Notes: generated by a model not told the origin, from the sequence alone. DNA of 64,000 bases from an uncultured virus (IMG/VR IMGVR_UViG_3300022562_001918) (IMGVR_UViG_3300022562_001918); one strand, 5' to 3'; positions 1 through 10,918 are shown, counted from the first letter of the stretch. Program-made: numbers and translations.

Positions 1-2939
1 GTCGAGGTCCCATTGAAGTCTCCGAAGCTCGTGACCCCATCGCCGACAGAGACGGTGTGAGTCTTCGCTCCACGGATGGAATGGACGGCTTCCGTTCTGG
101 CCTCGCCGCCAACAAGGGCTGCACCCGTCGACCCAATAATCATGGGTCGCTCATTCGTCTCGTCCAGGTCAATTCGGTGGACCTGACCGTCGTCGGCATG
201 AACGCTCCGAATGACAAGGTCCCGCGTATTCACAGCCTCGATGGCCGGCGTGGTGCCGGCGGCCTGGATGTACTCGTAGAAGTCGAGTTTGTCGAGGAGT
301 AGAGATCTGGCACCGTCGATGTCAACAACGGGGTTGGCCGTACCGGTGCTGTTGCCCCAGAAGCTGACGTTCTTGATCGAGGCCTGGTGGGACTTGTAGA
401 CCGTGAGCAGCTCTCGCGTGTTGGCGCTGCCGCCGTCGATGACGAGGTTCTCGACCCGGTTGCCGGACGGGTAACAGGTAAGCGCTGTCCCGGCTGGAGC
501 GGTGCCATCAGGGGCATCGGTGACCAGGAGCCGGGTCAGGTTCGGCGAGCTCGGGGGGAGGATCGCCACCACCCGGTGCAAGCCAGAGCCATCGAGCTCG
601 ATCAGGTCGCCCTCTCGGCACGGAATCAGGCCCGCGGTGGTCGCCTGGACAATGCTCCCGGAAACCGTGACCACGTAGGACGCCGTCGCATCGCCAAGCT
701 CGAGGGGGGTGTCGAGGACCGCAACCCCATCGCCGATGAGCGAGACCCCGGAGCGAAGGACCAGCCTTTGGCTAGGGAACAGGGCGCTTGAGATCTTGCT
801 CCGGTGGTCCCCGGGGCGAACGATGACCTGGCCACCAAAGCGGTTCGCTTCCTCGACCGCCTTGAAGAGGGCGGCGTAGCCTTGGAAGTCTCCGTCTCGG
901 CCGACGAGGAACGGATAGTTCAGCCTCTTCGGGCGAACGTTGAAGACGGAAACATCTTCCTCGGGGGTCGGATCACCATAGGTTGCGACGCCGGGGAGAG
1001 AGATGGCCCCTAGGTAAACATCCTTCGGGTGCGGCCGCGGCTGAATTGCCGAGCTCGGAAGGTAGGTTCCGAAGTCGTAGGCCCTGGCTGCGTCCGTGGC
1101 ATCGATGCGATGACTGAGAACGAACTCGCCAAGGCAGCCCGGGACAAGCACCATGTCGCGCTCGTCCGTCGCAGCAGCAAGGGCTCCGGCCAAGGAACCG
1201 CCAACGTCGACACTGTGTAGGACGGAGAGATCTTCCTTGGAGACAAGGCCACCTGGCGCATAGCGGGTGTTCAGGCGGAACACCGCCTGATCACGGTTGG
1301 CGCCATCATGCGCCGTCCATGCCACAATCCAGGCACCGTACTCATCCGCAGCGATGTCCGCAGACACCATTGTCCCGGAGCCATAGATGAAGTCTGTGCT
1401 GTCCACCAGGTTCACGAGGGCAAAGCCCAGGCGATCCTCGAAATCTGGAGCGAACAGCAAGACCTCCTCTGCATCGGTTCTAACGCAGCAGGCCATGACT
1501 TCATCAAAGTCATTCACAGCCACCCGCGCAGACTGAACCGACGCCACGGCAGTAGAGACAAATCCACTGTGCGGATCTGAGCTACTGACCTGAACACCGA
1601 CATCAGCCGAGGTCGAGTACGTCGTTCTTTCGACGACGTCCCCGTTCTCGTCAATCAGTGCGTAAACAAAATCACCGACAATGGTCGGCGGCGCCCCACT
1701 GATGAAGACGACATGAGCCCGACCAAGACGGTCCACTGCAATGTCCGGGGCAGTATCGTCCAGCGACGATGTAATACCGGTCAGGGTCACCCTGCGAGGG
1801 GTGACATCAGCCGCCCCAAAGCTCGCAGACGCAGTGACCCTCTTTGTGTAGTAGACCTGCTCTTCGGTGCCATCATCGTGCTGGTAGACAACATGGAGCT
1901 TCTCCAGGCTGTCCATCGTCGCGCGAACGAACCTGCAGGTGTTCGCTTCTGTGTCGATGGTAACGGGGCCATCGATGAGAGCTCCGGTCGTGGCATTGAA
2001 GCTGATCATCTGAACGGCATCGCCGTCCGTGTAGAGGAGGATGATAGCGTCGTCCGAAGCCCTTTGTCCGGCGATCCAGACCTCTCCAACCGTTCCGCCG
2101 GCAACCACAACGGTGAGCTCGGCAAAACCTCCACCGGCAACACCTGCCGACACTCGGACGTTGGAGCCAGAGCCGTGGGCGTACCACTTTTCAGAGTCCT
2201 CTGCTCCACCCCTTTTGGCGTAAACCGAGACCCTGGTTCCGGTAACGTTGTGGGTCAGGTTGTTATGGTACTCGACACCGCCGATGATGTGCTTGATCTC
2301 GGGGGTGTACGGCTCCCTCTGCCGGAGAACCACGAAGTCTTCGCGAGCGTAATCTTGCTTCGCTGGAATTGCCGTCGTAAGCGAGGACTGAGCAGACTCA
2401 CCATTAGCAGTCGACAAAGGCTTGCGACTTCCAAACGGGTCCACGACGAGCCCACTGTTCTGTAGAAGCTCACTGAAATCGCCGGCTGCTTGACGGACTA
2501 CCGGCGAGGGCAGACGCTCCACGCCAGCCTCAGAGGCCCTGGTGAAAGCGGCCCCGATATCAACAGGCACAGGGTTCGACCAGCTACCCCCGGTTTTGAA
2601 GGCGATAATGACGCCAGTCGAGGCGCTGATAAGGCTTGTTGTGACAGAGAAGATGACGCCCGTGTCCGGGTCATCGTCTGTCACCGAAGCCAGCAGGAAC
2701 CAGGGCTCCGGTAGGGTGGGCACCGACAGGCCAACCGCGGTTACCAGCGACTCCGAGACAATGCCCCGGCTCACGAACTTCACCGGCTCAATGGTGATGG
2801 TCGCGCCGTTGTCGGTGACCAGGCCGCCGGACAGGTACCCGTCCCGGCCGTAGATATCTCGCGTCAGACCTTGAAACGTGCGCCCTGTGTATGGCGACCG
2901 GAAGCTGACCGTCTTCCTCGCATTTACGGTGACAGTCAT
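1..2939 (-). CDS. Large virion structural / tail-fibre-like protein (3' end runs off the window)
   Basis: Not in the ORF track. ATG at 2939, 3 nt after the stop of the upstream gene. Frame spot-checked open to the window edge: MTVTVNARKTVSFRSPYTG...TVSVGDGVTSFGDFNGTS. Gly/Thr/Asp-rich, distal in the baseplate operon. Confidence 0.75.
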   Translation of the reverse strand, partial: MTVTVNARKTVSFRSPYTGRTFQGLTRDIYGRDGYLSGGLVTDNGATITIEPVKFVSRGIVSESLVTAVGLSVPTLPEPWFLLASVTDDDPDTGVIFSVTTSLISASTGVIIAFKTGGSWSNPVPVDIGAAFTRASEAGVERLPSPVVRQAAGDFSELLQNSGLVVDPFGSRKPLSTANGESAQSSLTTAIPAKQDYAREDFVVLRQREPYTPEIKHIIGGVEYHNNLTHNVTGTRVSVYAKRGGAEDSEKWYAHGSGSNVRVSAGVAGGGFAELTVVVAGGTVGEVWIAGQRASDDAIILLYTDGDAVQMISFNATTGALIDGPVTIDTEANTCRFVRATMDSLEKLHVVYQHDDGTEEQVYYTKRVTASASFGAADVTPRRVTLTGITSSLDDTAPDIAVDRLGRAHVVFISGAPPTIVGDFVYALIDENGDVVERTTYSTSADVGVQVSSSDPHSGFVSTAVASVQSARVAVNDFDEVMACCVRTDAEEVLLFAPDFEDRLGFALVNLVDSTDFIYGSGTMVSADIAADEYGAWIVAWTAHDGANRDQAVFRLNTRYAPGGLVSKEDLSVLHSVDVGGSLAGALAAATDERDMVLVPGCLGEFVLSHRIDATDAARAYDFGTYLPSSAIQPRPHPKDVYLGAISLPGVATYGDPTPEEDVSVFNVRPKRLNYPFLVGRDGDFQGYAALFKAVEEANRFGGQVIVRPGDHRSKISSALFPSQRLVLRSGVSLIGDGVAVLDTPLELGDATASYVVTVSGSIVQATTAGLIPCREGDLIELDGSGLHRVVAILPPSSPNLTRLLVTDAPDGTAPAGTALTCYPSGNRVENLVIDGGSANTRELLTVYKSHQASIKNVSFWGNSTGTANPVVDIDGARSLLLDKLDFYEYIQAAGTTPAIEAVNTRDLVIRSVHADDGQVHRIDLDETNERPMIIGSTGAALVGGEARTEAVHSIRGAKTHTVSVGDGVTSFGDFNGTS

Positions 2940-2942
2940 TGG

Positions 2943-4475
2943 TTATCTCCGGCAGATGACGCGAATTTCGTCGGCAGCTTGGTCGACTCCAAGGGCGTCG
3001 GTAAAAAGAGCATCGACAGTCTGTCCGGGGACATCGGGTGATGCGTTCAAGATATCGACAGTGGCCTCAATTTCGTCTGTGTTAACGAAGAGGGATGGGA
3101 CAAGGAGAGTCGTCTTCTTTGCATCTCCAGGATCTACAGTGCTAGGGGTCTCGTCGAAATCGACAACAATCTGCCTTTGAACGAGCGGCCTGTAAGCCCG
3201 CGACGCGCCATCGACGCGCACCCATATTTCTATGCTAGATGGGATTACGCCTAGGTCGTGTGGCACGTCGAGTGGGAACACTGCAGATTGCCAACCCGAA
3301 TCAAAGACTCCGCCCTTGGTAAACGTAACCAGGTTTGAAGGTACTCCGCCCGTGCTCAGAACCCGGCCGATGTAAACCCGCCCCTCTTCGAACGGAGGTG
3401 GGTTGTAGGGTTGCGTTGGATCGGTGGTTGATACTGCCGCCCCAATATTCGGCATCGCATTGTCGATGATTTGGTAGGGGACCGTCGGACCAAGGTTATC
3501 CTTGAAGATACCTTTGATGGTCAGCTTCGTGTTCGGGGTCACCCCATCGAGCGCGTCAATGACGTAGTCTCCTGCCGCTCCGCCGGAGGTTATGCGAAGA
3601 ATGTCACCTTCTTTGACTCGAAACGGAAGGGTGTTGAATGTCCCTGAGCCAACCGTGAACGTCGAGTTGGATGTGGTTCCATCCGCACCAGAGCGAAGTA
3701 TTCGCAGGTCCTTCGCAGCAGGTGTCCCGCCAGGCTCACTGTAGAGGAAATTGGCGTCGTTGTAGTTCGCCTCTTTTCGCTCGACGTAGATCCAGACGTA
3801 GTCACCAACGCCTGGCGCAATAGCCGAATAGTCGAAGACTATATCTTCGCGTATACGGAATACATAACCATCGATGTTGAAAATGGCGGGAACCGTCGCA
3901 GCATTGAGCTGAACCTGATCGGTTCCTCCTGGTGCGGTGAGCAATGAGCCTGCTCCACCCGTGATGAGCCCAGGAGCCCATGGCCTATGCGGAGAGGATA
4001 TGGGCTTTGATGTCTCAGCGCCAAAGTCAGCGCTTCGAAGCGCCATGCTGGCATCGAGATCAGCATGCGGGAATCCGGCTGATGGTCCGGCCGGAAGCAT
4101 TGGCGCAAACCTGCCGTCCGGCACAGGCTGACCAGCCCCGTAGACTTCTTTGTCCCCATCATCGAGCCTGGTTGCCGGGTCCGCGAACTGACCACGGTAG
4201 GCCGAGGTCGCCAGGGCAATCAGGTCAGATGACGCGGCGATGTTGACAGTGCCATCTGGGTTGATCGCAACAGCCAGTCGGGCGGATAGACTTGCCGCGG
4301 TCCCCCGGAGAGCAGCCCAGGTGGAGCCAGAGCCGACCCCGACCAGGTTGTTGTATAGATCTTCCGTCCAATCATCGATGGTCTCGAAATTGGCGTTATT
4401 GGGCTCGTTCCAACTATCAACGAACTCGCCGAGCTCAGGGAGGGTCAGGTTCAGGAAGTTTGAGTAAGTAGGCAT
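2943..4475 (-). CDS. Virion structural protein (tail/baseplate-associated)
   Basis: 510 aa. N-terminus (LNLTLPELGEFVDSWNEPNNANFETIDD) resembles fibre N-termini; structural operon context. Confidence 0.7.
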   Translation of the reverse strand: MPTYSNFLNLTLPELGEFVDSWNEPNNANFETIDDWTEDLYNNLVGVGSGSTWAALRGTAASLSARLAVAINPDGTVNIAASSDLIALATSAYRGQFADPATRLDDGDKEVYGAGQPVPDGRFAPMLPAGPSAGFPHADLDASMALRSADFGAETSKPISSPHRPWAPGLITGGAGSLLTAPGGTDQVQLNAATVPAIFNIDGYVFRIREDIVFDYSAIAPGVGDYVWIYVERKEANYNDANFLYSEPGGTPAAKDLRILRSGADGTTSNSTFTVGSGTFNTLPFRVKEGDILRITSGGAAGDYVIDALDGVTPNTKLTIKGIFKDNLGPTVPYQIIDNAMPNIGAAVSTTDPTQPYNPPPFEEGRVYIGRVLSTGGVPSNLVTFTKGGVFDSGWQSAVFPLDVPHDLGVIPSSIEIWVRVDGASRAYRPLVQRQIVVDFDETPSTVDPGDAKKTTLLVPSLFVNTDEIEATVDILNASPDVPGQTVDALFTDALGVDQAADEIRVICRR

Positions 4476-4487
4476 TCAGTCTCTCCG

Positions 4488-5132
4488 CTACGACGTCGCG
4501 ATGGTGATGGTCCAGGTGATGGTAATCGTAACGTCCTCGTTGGCATCGAATGATGCAGACTTGAAGGTCCTTGTCGATACCATGATTTCATCGGCGTCCA
4601 CCGTATCGGCCGGGGTCTTGTTGACCTGCTTTTTGTCTCCGCCGACCGTGAGTACGCCATCGCCGATAATCAATGCGGCCTCATTCACCACCCGGTCGAC
4701 CAGGGAATAGCTGGTCGGGTCAACGTCCGGCGAATCGAAGTTGGCGACAAATCGCATCGATTGCGGCGTTGGCGTGTCGAAGACCGTGATGTCCTGGCGC
4801 AAGACCTCGTGGTAGAGCTCGGTGCGAGCAGGCCAGGTCGCATCAGGCAGAACCGGGTTGAACAGCTCTCCCGGTGGAGTTCCGCCGTCGCCAATGGCCA
4901 TCCTGAAAATGGAGCCTGTGAAGCCGCCTCCGTTCGGTCCGATCAGGACGTCACGGATCCCCGTTACACCAGCATCGACGATGAAGTTCTTGCTGTCGTG
5001 GACGAGCTCGAGCGGGCCACCCTTGACTTGCCGCTCGACGCGAATATGCCCCTCGAGGCTAAAGCCCTCGGGGCGCTGCTGATCTCGCCGAAACTTTGGG
5101 GCGAGGAATTCCAGAAAGGGTGGCAAGTTCAT
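4488..5132 (-). CDS. Tail-collar / fibre-attachment-like baseplate protein
   Basis: Pattern RMAIGDGG...ELYHEVLR...VNEAALI...RTF...ITITWTI resembles phage tail-collar fibre N-terminal domains. Confidence 0.6.
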   Translation of the reverse strand: MNLPPFLEFLAPKFRRDQQRPEGFSLEGHIRVERQVKGGPLELVHDSKNFIVDAGVTGIRDVLIGPNGGGFTGSIFRMAIGDGGTPPGELFNPVLPDATWPARTELYHEVLRQDITVFDTPTPQSMRFVANFDSPDVDPTSYSLVDRVVNEAALIIGDGVLTVGGDKKQVNKTPADTVDADEIMVSTRTFKSASFDANEDVTITITWTITIATS

Positions 5133-5182
5133 GATTCACCTCGGATTCTAAGTTGGCGCCGATGGCAGCGTCAATCACTGGG

Positions 5183-8107
5183 CTAGATTGCGTATGCATC
5201 GGTCACCGTTGGCCCCAGATTGTCCGTTCTTGTGAGCGCTGCCGAGGCAATTTCGTGGTCTCTTGTTACCACTCCCGGCGAAACTCCGACATCGAATTCG
5301 TTGTTTTCGACGTCGGCGTCCGTGATTGCCTGCACCTCGTTGCCACCAATCCCGATGTCTACGAGCAGTAGGGCCTTTACTGTCTCGTTGGTCATCGTGG
5401 CACCCCTGAGATCTATGTCAGTTTTCGTATTCAAAGTAGTCGGCGCGGGATAATCAGTTCCTACCTTCACGGTATGTTCGCCGCGAATGTTGACTGCGTC
5501 ATTGTCCAGGTTTCTTTCGACCGGGACAATGATGTAGTCAAGGTCAATTGCATTAACCAGGTCAGCGTCTGGAATATCGAGCGACAGGATATTGGGGCTG
5601 ATTCTCCTCAAGACTGTCCAGGACCCCTTGAAAACACCTTCCTCGATGATGACCGTGTCGAAGCGGTCTATTCCGAGGTCAGCGAAATCGATTCCTGTGT
5701 CCCTGAAGTTGCCTGTTGCCTGGCTGCCTCCGCCGAGAACCCTTCCCGAAGTCCTCCGTACATTGAACAGCACGTGAGATGAGAAGAGCGAATAGGTGAA
5801 CGGTCCAGACGCTACCAGATCGGCATCCGGGATATCCAGGGCAAGAACCGTTGGGCTTATTCGATCCAGAACCCTCCAGTATCCAGCATGTGGACCAGAG
5901 TCAATTCGAACCCGATCATTTGACTTCACGTCGAGGGCAGAAAAATCCTTGGTCAGATCTTCAAAGTTACCGGTCGCCTGAGATCCGCCGCCAATCGTTT
6001 CACCGGCAGTCCCCGTCTCCGCGGAAAAGAGTGGCAGCTCAGATATGATCTGAACCTCGAAGTTGCTTATTACCGCAGCCTGATTGACTTGGTTGCTTCC
6101 AACGGTTGTTGTCAGATCGATATTTAGTTCAGGGGTTGGCAAGTCTTCCGACAGGAAGATAGTTTCTTCCTCCTCGACCAGGAACGAGAAGACGTACTCA
6201 GTCCACTTCGGCTTCATGTTGTCGAGGAACGTGACGAGTTCTCCGACATTAATTCTCTGAGTAATTGCATCCGTGAGAATCTGGGGAAGAAAAAGGTGCT
6301 CCTCGAGGAGCAGGAGAGCTTTCGTCTCGTCAGTGTTTCCGAAGCCAAGTGAGGCCTCGTCGGTCAAGAACCTTGAGATGCCAGCCCGGCCAAGCCAGTT
6401 GGAGACGAAGCCTGGTTCATTGTTCTTGTCGATGACGGACACTCCGGTTGTCAGCGACTCGAAGCGGGGGACCTCCTCTCCGAGCTCTACTAGGGGGTCA
6501 AGACCGGACGGGATGGTGTAAGTAATGATCTGTCCACGTGGGTCGGTAATATCGATGAGCCCGGCCTCCAGGTCGATTCGCGTAACTGTTCCCGCCCGCC
6601 TGGCATATGGAAGCCCCAGAAGGATATGGAGACCCCTACGAACATTGCCGGGCGTCGACCCGGTCCAGAAGATGTACCAGAGACCCTGGAGGGCTAGCTT
6701 GTACTCCTCGGAGTTTGCTCGGTAGAAGTCAATGAGCACACCAAAGTTACGGTATGGAGTTTCCTTGTCGCGCTTTACAGTCTCTGCCCACATCTGATGA
6801 GCTCGAACCTCGTCTGGGCCAAGCATGGAGAGGGGGAATGCACTGCGAACCGACAGGAGGCCTTTACGAACAGTGAAATCGACGTTCTCCACAAAGAGCA
6901 CGCTTGGATCGTCTACCGTGTTTTGCAGATATGGAATCGAGGCGATTGATTTGTCTACCCTAATTCCATGAGGGTAGGCGTTGATCGAGTATTGAACATC
7001 CGTCGCCTGGTCTGCCGGGAAGGTTCCGCTTATCTGTATTTGGTGGGTCGTCAGAACAGCATCTATTGGATAGCTGCCCTGGTTTGGTCCGCTCTTTATT
7101 GTCAGAGTTCTGTTGTCAAGAAGGGTGCTGAAATCTTGGCCGTTGTCCGTCAGGATCGATCCCGATACTGCACCTCTGCTCCCCTCCATAGGGATCGTGG
7201 CCGTCGCATTGTAGGTATACGATGCCGTTACAGTTGCCCCGTCAGCAATCGCGGTTCCTGCAATTCTTCGAATTGTTCCCCGGATCTCGTCGACCTCGTA
7301 GTCGAGATCGCGCGTATACGACCGATGTCGATATCGGACGATGAGGATCTCGGTAGGAGGGATTCGTCCATCGAGGAGCGCCTGAACATTACCGCTTTCG
7401 AGGTTCGCAGCGTAATCACGCCCAGCGGTGTACTCGACCAGCTTTGAGTTGATTTGGTAGTCAACGCCTGTTGCCGCGGCTACTGGAAACGAGCCTTCGA
7501 TAAGGACAGTGTCATTGTCTGGAACCGCTCGGATGGTATAGACGCCGATGGGATCTGCTGGAGTTGCATTGCTGATTTTCAGCGTCATCCCAGGCTTAGC
7601 CAAAGAGAACGCACCAGCCTTCGTCAGCTCGTCAGCAGCCGTAATTTCAGCACCGGTACCATCAATACTGGTCCCGAGAATGCTTATCGACAGAGTGCCA
7701 GGAACAATGTTCCCGTAACGCAATCCTCGTACTGAGTCGTCGAAGAACTTGATCGTCTCTTCGTGAAAAATGCTTCCCGAGGGGTCGGACAGGCTAACCG
7801 TGTCATACAGAGCTGTCTCCCTGGAAAGGGCGGCTCCGTCTGTGCCGTTCAGAATCAACTGGTCACCTGTCGTGAATAGGTCGCAGTTCTCATCGTTGAC
7901 GAGAAAACGCTCCCAGCGTTCAGTCAGGTAGACCGGGACATTCGCGACCTCGGTGGACAGGGCGGCCTCGATGGCCTTCTGCTCAAGGTTAGATGCTATC
8001 TGAAGCTTGCTAGACCAATAAGCCTCGAACAGTTTTCGGTCTCGGGTGGGCAGGAGATCCCAGACATCCTCCAGGAATCTCCACAGGAATGAGGAAGAGA
8101 TGCTCAT
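5183..8107 (-). CDS. Large baseplate wedge-associated protein
   Basis: 974 aa, acidic, downstream of the baseplate J-like gene; contains internally repeated beta-rich domains. Confidence 0.6.
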   Translation of the reverse strand: MSISSSFLWRFLEDVWDLLPTRDRKLFEAYWSSKLQIASNLEQKAIEAALSTEVANVPVYLTERWERFLVNDENCDLFTTGDQLILNGTDGAALSRETALYDTVSLSDPSGSIFHEETIKFFDDSVRGLRYGNIVPGTLSISILGTSIDGTGAEITAADELTKAGAFSLAKPGMTLKISNATPADPIGVYTIRAVPDNDTVLIEGSFPVAAATGVDYQINSKLVEYTAGRDYAANLESGNVQALLDGRIPPTEILIVRYRHRSYTRDLDYEVDEIRGTIRRIAGTAIADGATVTASYTYNATATIPMEGSRGAVSGSILTDNGQDFSTLLDNRTLTIKSGPNQGSYPIDAVLTTHQIQISGTFPADQATDVQYSINAYPHGIRVDKSIASIPYLQNTVDDPSVLFVENVDFTVRKGLLSVRSAFPLSMLGPDEVRAHQMWAETVKRDKETPYRNFGVLIDFYRANSEEYKLALQGLWYIFWTGSTPGNVRRGLHILLGLPYARRAGTVTRIDLEAGLIDITDPRGQIITYTIPSGLDPLVELGEEVPRFESLTTGVSVIDKNNEPGFVSNWLGRAGISRFLTDEASLGFGNTDETKALLLLEEHLFLPQILTDAITQRINVGELVTFLDNMKPKWTEYVFSFLVEEEETIFLSEDLPTPELNIDLTTTVGSNQVNQAAVISNFEVQIISELPLFSAETGTAGETIGGGSQATGNFEDLTKDFSALDVKSNDRVRIDSGPHAGYWRVLDRISPTVLALDIPDADLVASGPFTYSLFSSHVLFNVRRTSGRVLGGGSQATGNFRDTGIDFADLGIDRFDTVIIEEGVFKGSWTVLRRISPNILSLDIPDADLVNAIDLDYIIVPVERNLDNDAVNIRGEHTVKVGTDYPAPTTLNTKTDIDLRGATMTNETVKALLLVDIGIGGNEVQAITDADVENNEFDVGVSPGVVTRDHEIASAALTRTDNLGPTVTDAYAI

Positions 8108-8409
8108 CTACGGTCCCTGTGTGCCCTGTTATTTTTGAATCGATCAATAGGCTCGTTGGCCTGCGTGACACTGCCGAGCCGCCCAGCCTGAATGGCAGAG
8201 GGGGTTTTCGATGAATCCGGCAGTCTCGTACTCGCGTCATCTGGCGATACACGAATGGACTCAGGTACTGGATCAGATCCAACCATCCCATGGGGAATGT
8301 CTACAGTATTCACTGTACCTGCGTCAGTCTCACCGCCGTAGGCGAGCTTGATCATCCTAGTTGCTGCGCCGAGCTTTACGAGCTCGTGGAGGAAGCTAAT
8401 TTTGTTCAT
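8104..8409 (-). CDS. Small protein with a divergent FxxELxKxA leader
   Basis: MNKISFLHELVKLGAATRMIKLA; 4-nt overlaps with both neighbours. Confidence 0.65.
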   Translation of the reverse strand: MNKISFLHELVKLGAATRMIKLAYGGETDAGTVNTVDIPHGMVGSDPVPESIRVSPDDASTRLPDSSKTPSAIQAGRLGSVTQANEPIDRFKNNRAHRDRR

Positions 8410-10475
8410 TCGATGCTCCTCTCAAGGGTGACACTGCGCGCTCTAAATCTCGCGATCCTGGGGGACAGCGGCTTATCAGTGGGGTCGGGGATCGGGTCAT
8501 CGGGGACCTGAATGTAACCCTCATCGGTAGGCAGAGTGAAGATGATCGACCCATCGTGGTTGTGGATTTCCCCCCTCAGGGAATCCAAGGAGCCCAGGTC
8601 AACCACGCTTGCTCCGTTGTCGTAGAGCAGGTCAACGATATCTGAGAGCTGGAGGTCAAATCCGCCGTCGACATCGTTGATGAGCTCGTTGACGAGTTCA
8701 TTCATTTCATCCACCGAAATGTCGGTGGCCTCATTTTCCGCAGGAATGCCGTACTCAATTGGCTCGGTGGAGTCGACATAGACAGGAATGTAGTGCCTGG
8801 CTAAAAGCGAAGCTGTCAAGCTTTGCTCGTTTCGATCATCCATGAAGGCCTGGATTGGTGGGATGGCGGAGGCATATTCGTAGTTGACCCGAACGTTCCC
8901 TCCGACATGGATTGCCGCGAACTCGATGTAGTTGTCCTCGAGGTATGAGTGTCGAAGGGTTGGCTCACCAACAATCAGTCGATAGTCTGCCCCGCTACCG
9001 ACACCGTATGGACCTAGGCCGTATCCTCCGGCACCGTAGCCGCCCACGCTGTCCAGGAGCTCTCCGGTCGGATTGCCGGACAGCGGGTCAAGCACTTCCA
9101 CCGAAGAGATGAACATCAGAGGAGTGTCCGTAATCGTGAACTGCTCACGGTCGGTAGAGCGAGCTTCCCTGATGACATCGATGGTCACCGGGTTGTACTC
9201 GAAGCTCACTGTAAGTACTTCATCCAGCTTCCAGTCAACGCCACTTCCCGGGGTAGCTGCAAACTCTCCGAAGATCTCGACCTCGTCTGCACTGATCTTG
9301 GACTTTACGGTATAGGAGCCGGCCACAGACCCAGGCGTGTCAATGGTGATAGACATGCCCGCTCTTGCATCGACAAACTCTCCGGGAATGGCTGCAAGCA
9401 AACGCTTCGCAGAAGGGATGCTGGCGTTCGTACCCTCCGCGTGGACAATGCTCGAGCCAACCGGCTTTGATATTACGCCCAAGAGGTCGTCGATGTTGTA
9501 ATCGAGTCCCTCAACGTAAGTTGCGAGCCCGTCAATCGCCTTTACGATTGGAGCAGTATTCGTTCGGTCGACAGGAGACCGACCGAGGTCGTAGGCAATG
9601 TCTGCCTCCTTGAGGACCACTGTCGAGCTCGACGCCTTCTGCCTGGTCGTGTCGACCTCCAGGCCAAAGAAGTCCTGTGATGTCGCCGTGAAATCTGGGG
9701 TCTTGATGTAGACATCTACGTTGCCACCTATGTGGACGTTGTAAACGATGTCCCTCATCATCTCGTCATCACCAAATCCGATAGGCGTGATTTCTTCGAT
9801 GGTCGTGAAGGTCTCGGTCAGGGTTACGATGATTCCACGTCCAGTCACCAGTGCTCGAACAGTGACTGCGATCTTGATACGATCAATCAACTCCGTGTTT
9901 GTCTCTCTATCCCTGCCTTGAGAGACCCCGAAAAGGTTCGTGACGTTTGCAACCCCGACCGGCTCTGCCTCCATCGTCGTGATTCCACCCGGCTCGATAT
10001 TGAAATCCTCCCCTTCTTCAAGGGCGATGATCGGAATGTCGACGTAGTAGAGAGAACCCTCTTGGTTGAGGCTCATCTCTGCCCTCGTGATGCTCACGGC
10101 CTCCGAGTTGGTGTATCGCTGACCGCCGGCACCCCTGAAAATCTGCACCCCAGTGGCGGAAGAAAATTCCTGCGGCTCGAAGAATCGGATCCGCATAACA
10201 TCGGATCCGATGAACCCCGGATTCCTCTCAATGAAGACATTCGATGCCAGGCCGTCAACAATGTCTTCCGGGAATGCGTTCGGGTCATCGGTCTCAAGAA
10301 TCGAGAGAACCGACTGGCTAAGCTGAACGACCGTGAGCTCATCGATGACTGGCTGCAGGATAATCGACAGTGGGTCGATGAGGAGACCAGTCGTAGGCAC
10401 GCCGGCGCCAACATCAAAGTTGGGGTCGTACTCCAGCAATCGCTGAATGATGAATTCTCTGATTGGAAGCGCCAT
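8406..10475 (-). CDS. Baseplate J-like wedge protein
   Basis: VTNLFGVSQGRDRETNTELIDRIK and GGNVDVYI motifs typical of baseplate J/gp6; lies directly after a gp25-like gene. Confidence 0.8.
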   Translation of the reverse strand: MALPIREFIIQRLLEYDPNFDVGAGVPTTGLLIDPLSIILQPVIDELTVVQLSQSVLSILETDDPNAFPEDIVDGLASNVFIERNPGFIGSDVMRIRFFEPQEFSSATGVQIFRGAGGQRYTNSEAVSITRAEMSLNQEGSLYYVDIPIIALEEGEDFNIEPGGITTMEAEPVGVANVTNLFGVSQGRDRETNTELIDRIKIAVTVRALVTGRGIIVTLTETFTTIEEITPIGFGDDEMMRDIVYNVHIGGNVDVYIKTPDFTATSQDFFGLEVDTTRQKASSSTVVLKEADIAYDLGRSPVDRTNTAPIVKAIDGLATYVEGLDYNIDDLLGVISKPVGSSIVHAEGTNASIPSAKRLLAAIPGEFVDARAGMSITIDTPGSVAGSYTVKSKISADEVEIFGEFAATPGSGVDWKLDEVLTVSFEYNPVTIDVIREARSTDREQFTITDTPLMFISSVEVLDPLSGNPTGELLDSVGGYGAGGYGLGPYGVGSGADYRLIVGEPTLRHSYLEDNYIEFAAIHVGGNVRVNYEYASAIPPIQAFMDDRNEQSLTASLLARHYIPVYVDSTEPIEYGIPAENEATDISVDEMNELVNELINDVDGGFDLQLSDIVDLLYDNGASVVDLGSLDSLRGEIHNHDGSIIFTLPTDEGYIQVPDDPIPDPTDKPLSPRIARFRARSVTLERSIE

Positions 10476-10900
10476 TAGGTCACCACTACCGCCTGTGCGG
10501 TTTGCTGTTCTTCGTTTATTACCGAAACAATGATGTCGATGATCGGCTGATCTTCGTCTGGAACAATATCAATGAGCTGCAAGGCCAGCAGTCTCTCAGA
10601 TGGAGGCCTGTCCGTGTTGACCTGCTCTTCCTTGATCCGCTGCTCAACCTGGCTAACCATCACCTGCATATCGGCAAACAGCTCTGACGGGTCTGTCGGA
10701 TCAAAGTTTGTTCCAATGAATTCTCTCAGCCCACCAACCCGGCCCGGGAATGCAATAGATCTCCCGCCGTTGGTGAGGAAGAGAAGTGCAACATTCTGCA
10801 CCAAAAGATCAATGCCTTCGATCTCCTGCGGAGGAGATCCCAGTCCGGGCTCGAGGCGGCCGTTCACCGGGTTTCTGTTTAGGATCTTGATATCAGGCAT
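10475..10900 (-). CDS. gp25-like baseplate/sheath-initiator protein
   Basis: 141 aa; IEGIDLLVQNVALLFLTNGG pattern; position immediately upstream of baseplate J. Confidence 0.6.
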   Translation of the reverse strand: MPDIKILNRNPVNGRLEPGLGSPPQEIEGIDLLVQNVALLFLTNGGRSIAFPGRVGGLREFIGTNFDPTDPSELFADMQVMVSQVEQRIKEEQVNTDRPPSERLLALQLIDIVPDEDQPIIDIIVSVINEEQQTAQAVVVT

Positions 10901-10918
10901 AACTCCCCAGAAACTTTA

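Noticed and set aside
57..2853. Many plus-strand and short ORFs in the track (for example 1713-2465)
   Set aside because: They are antisense or off-frame shadows of the long minus-strand structural ORF (2939 to beyond base 1) that the track omits.
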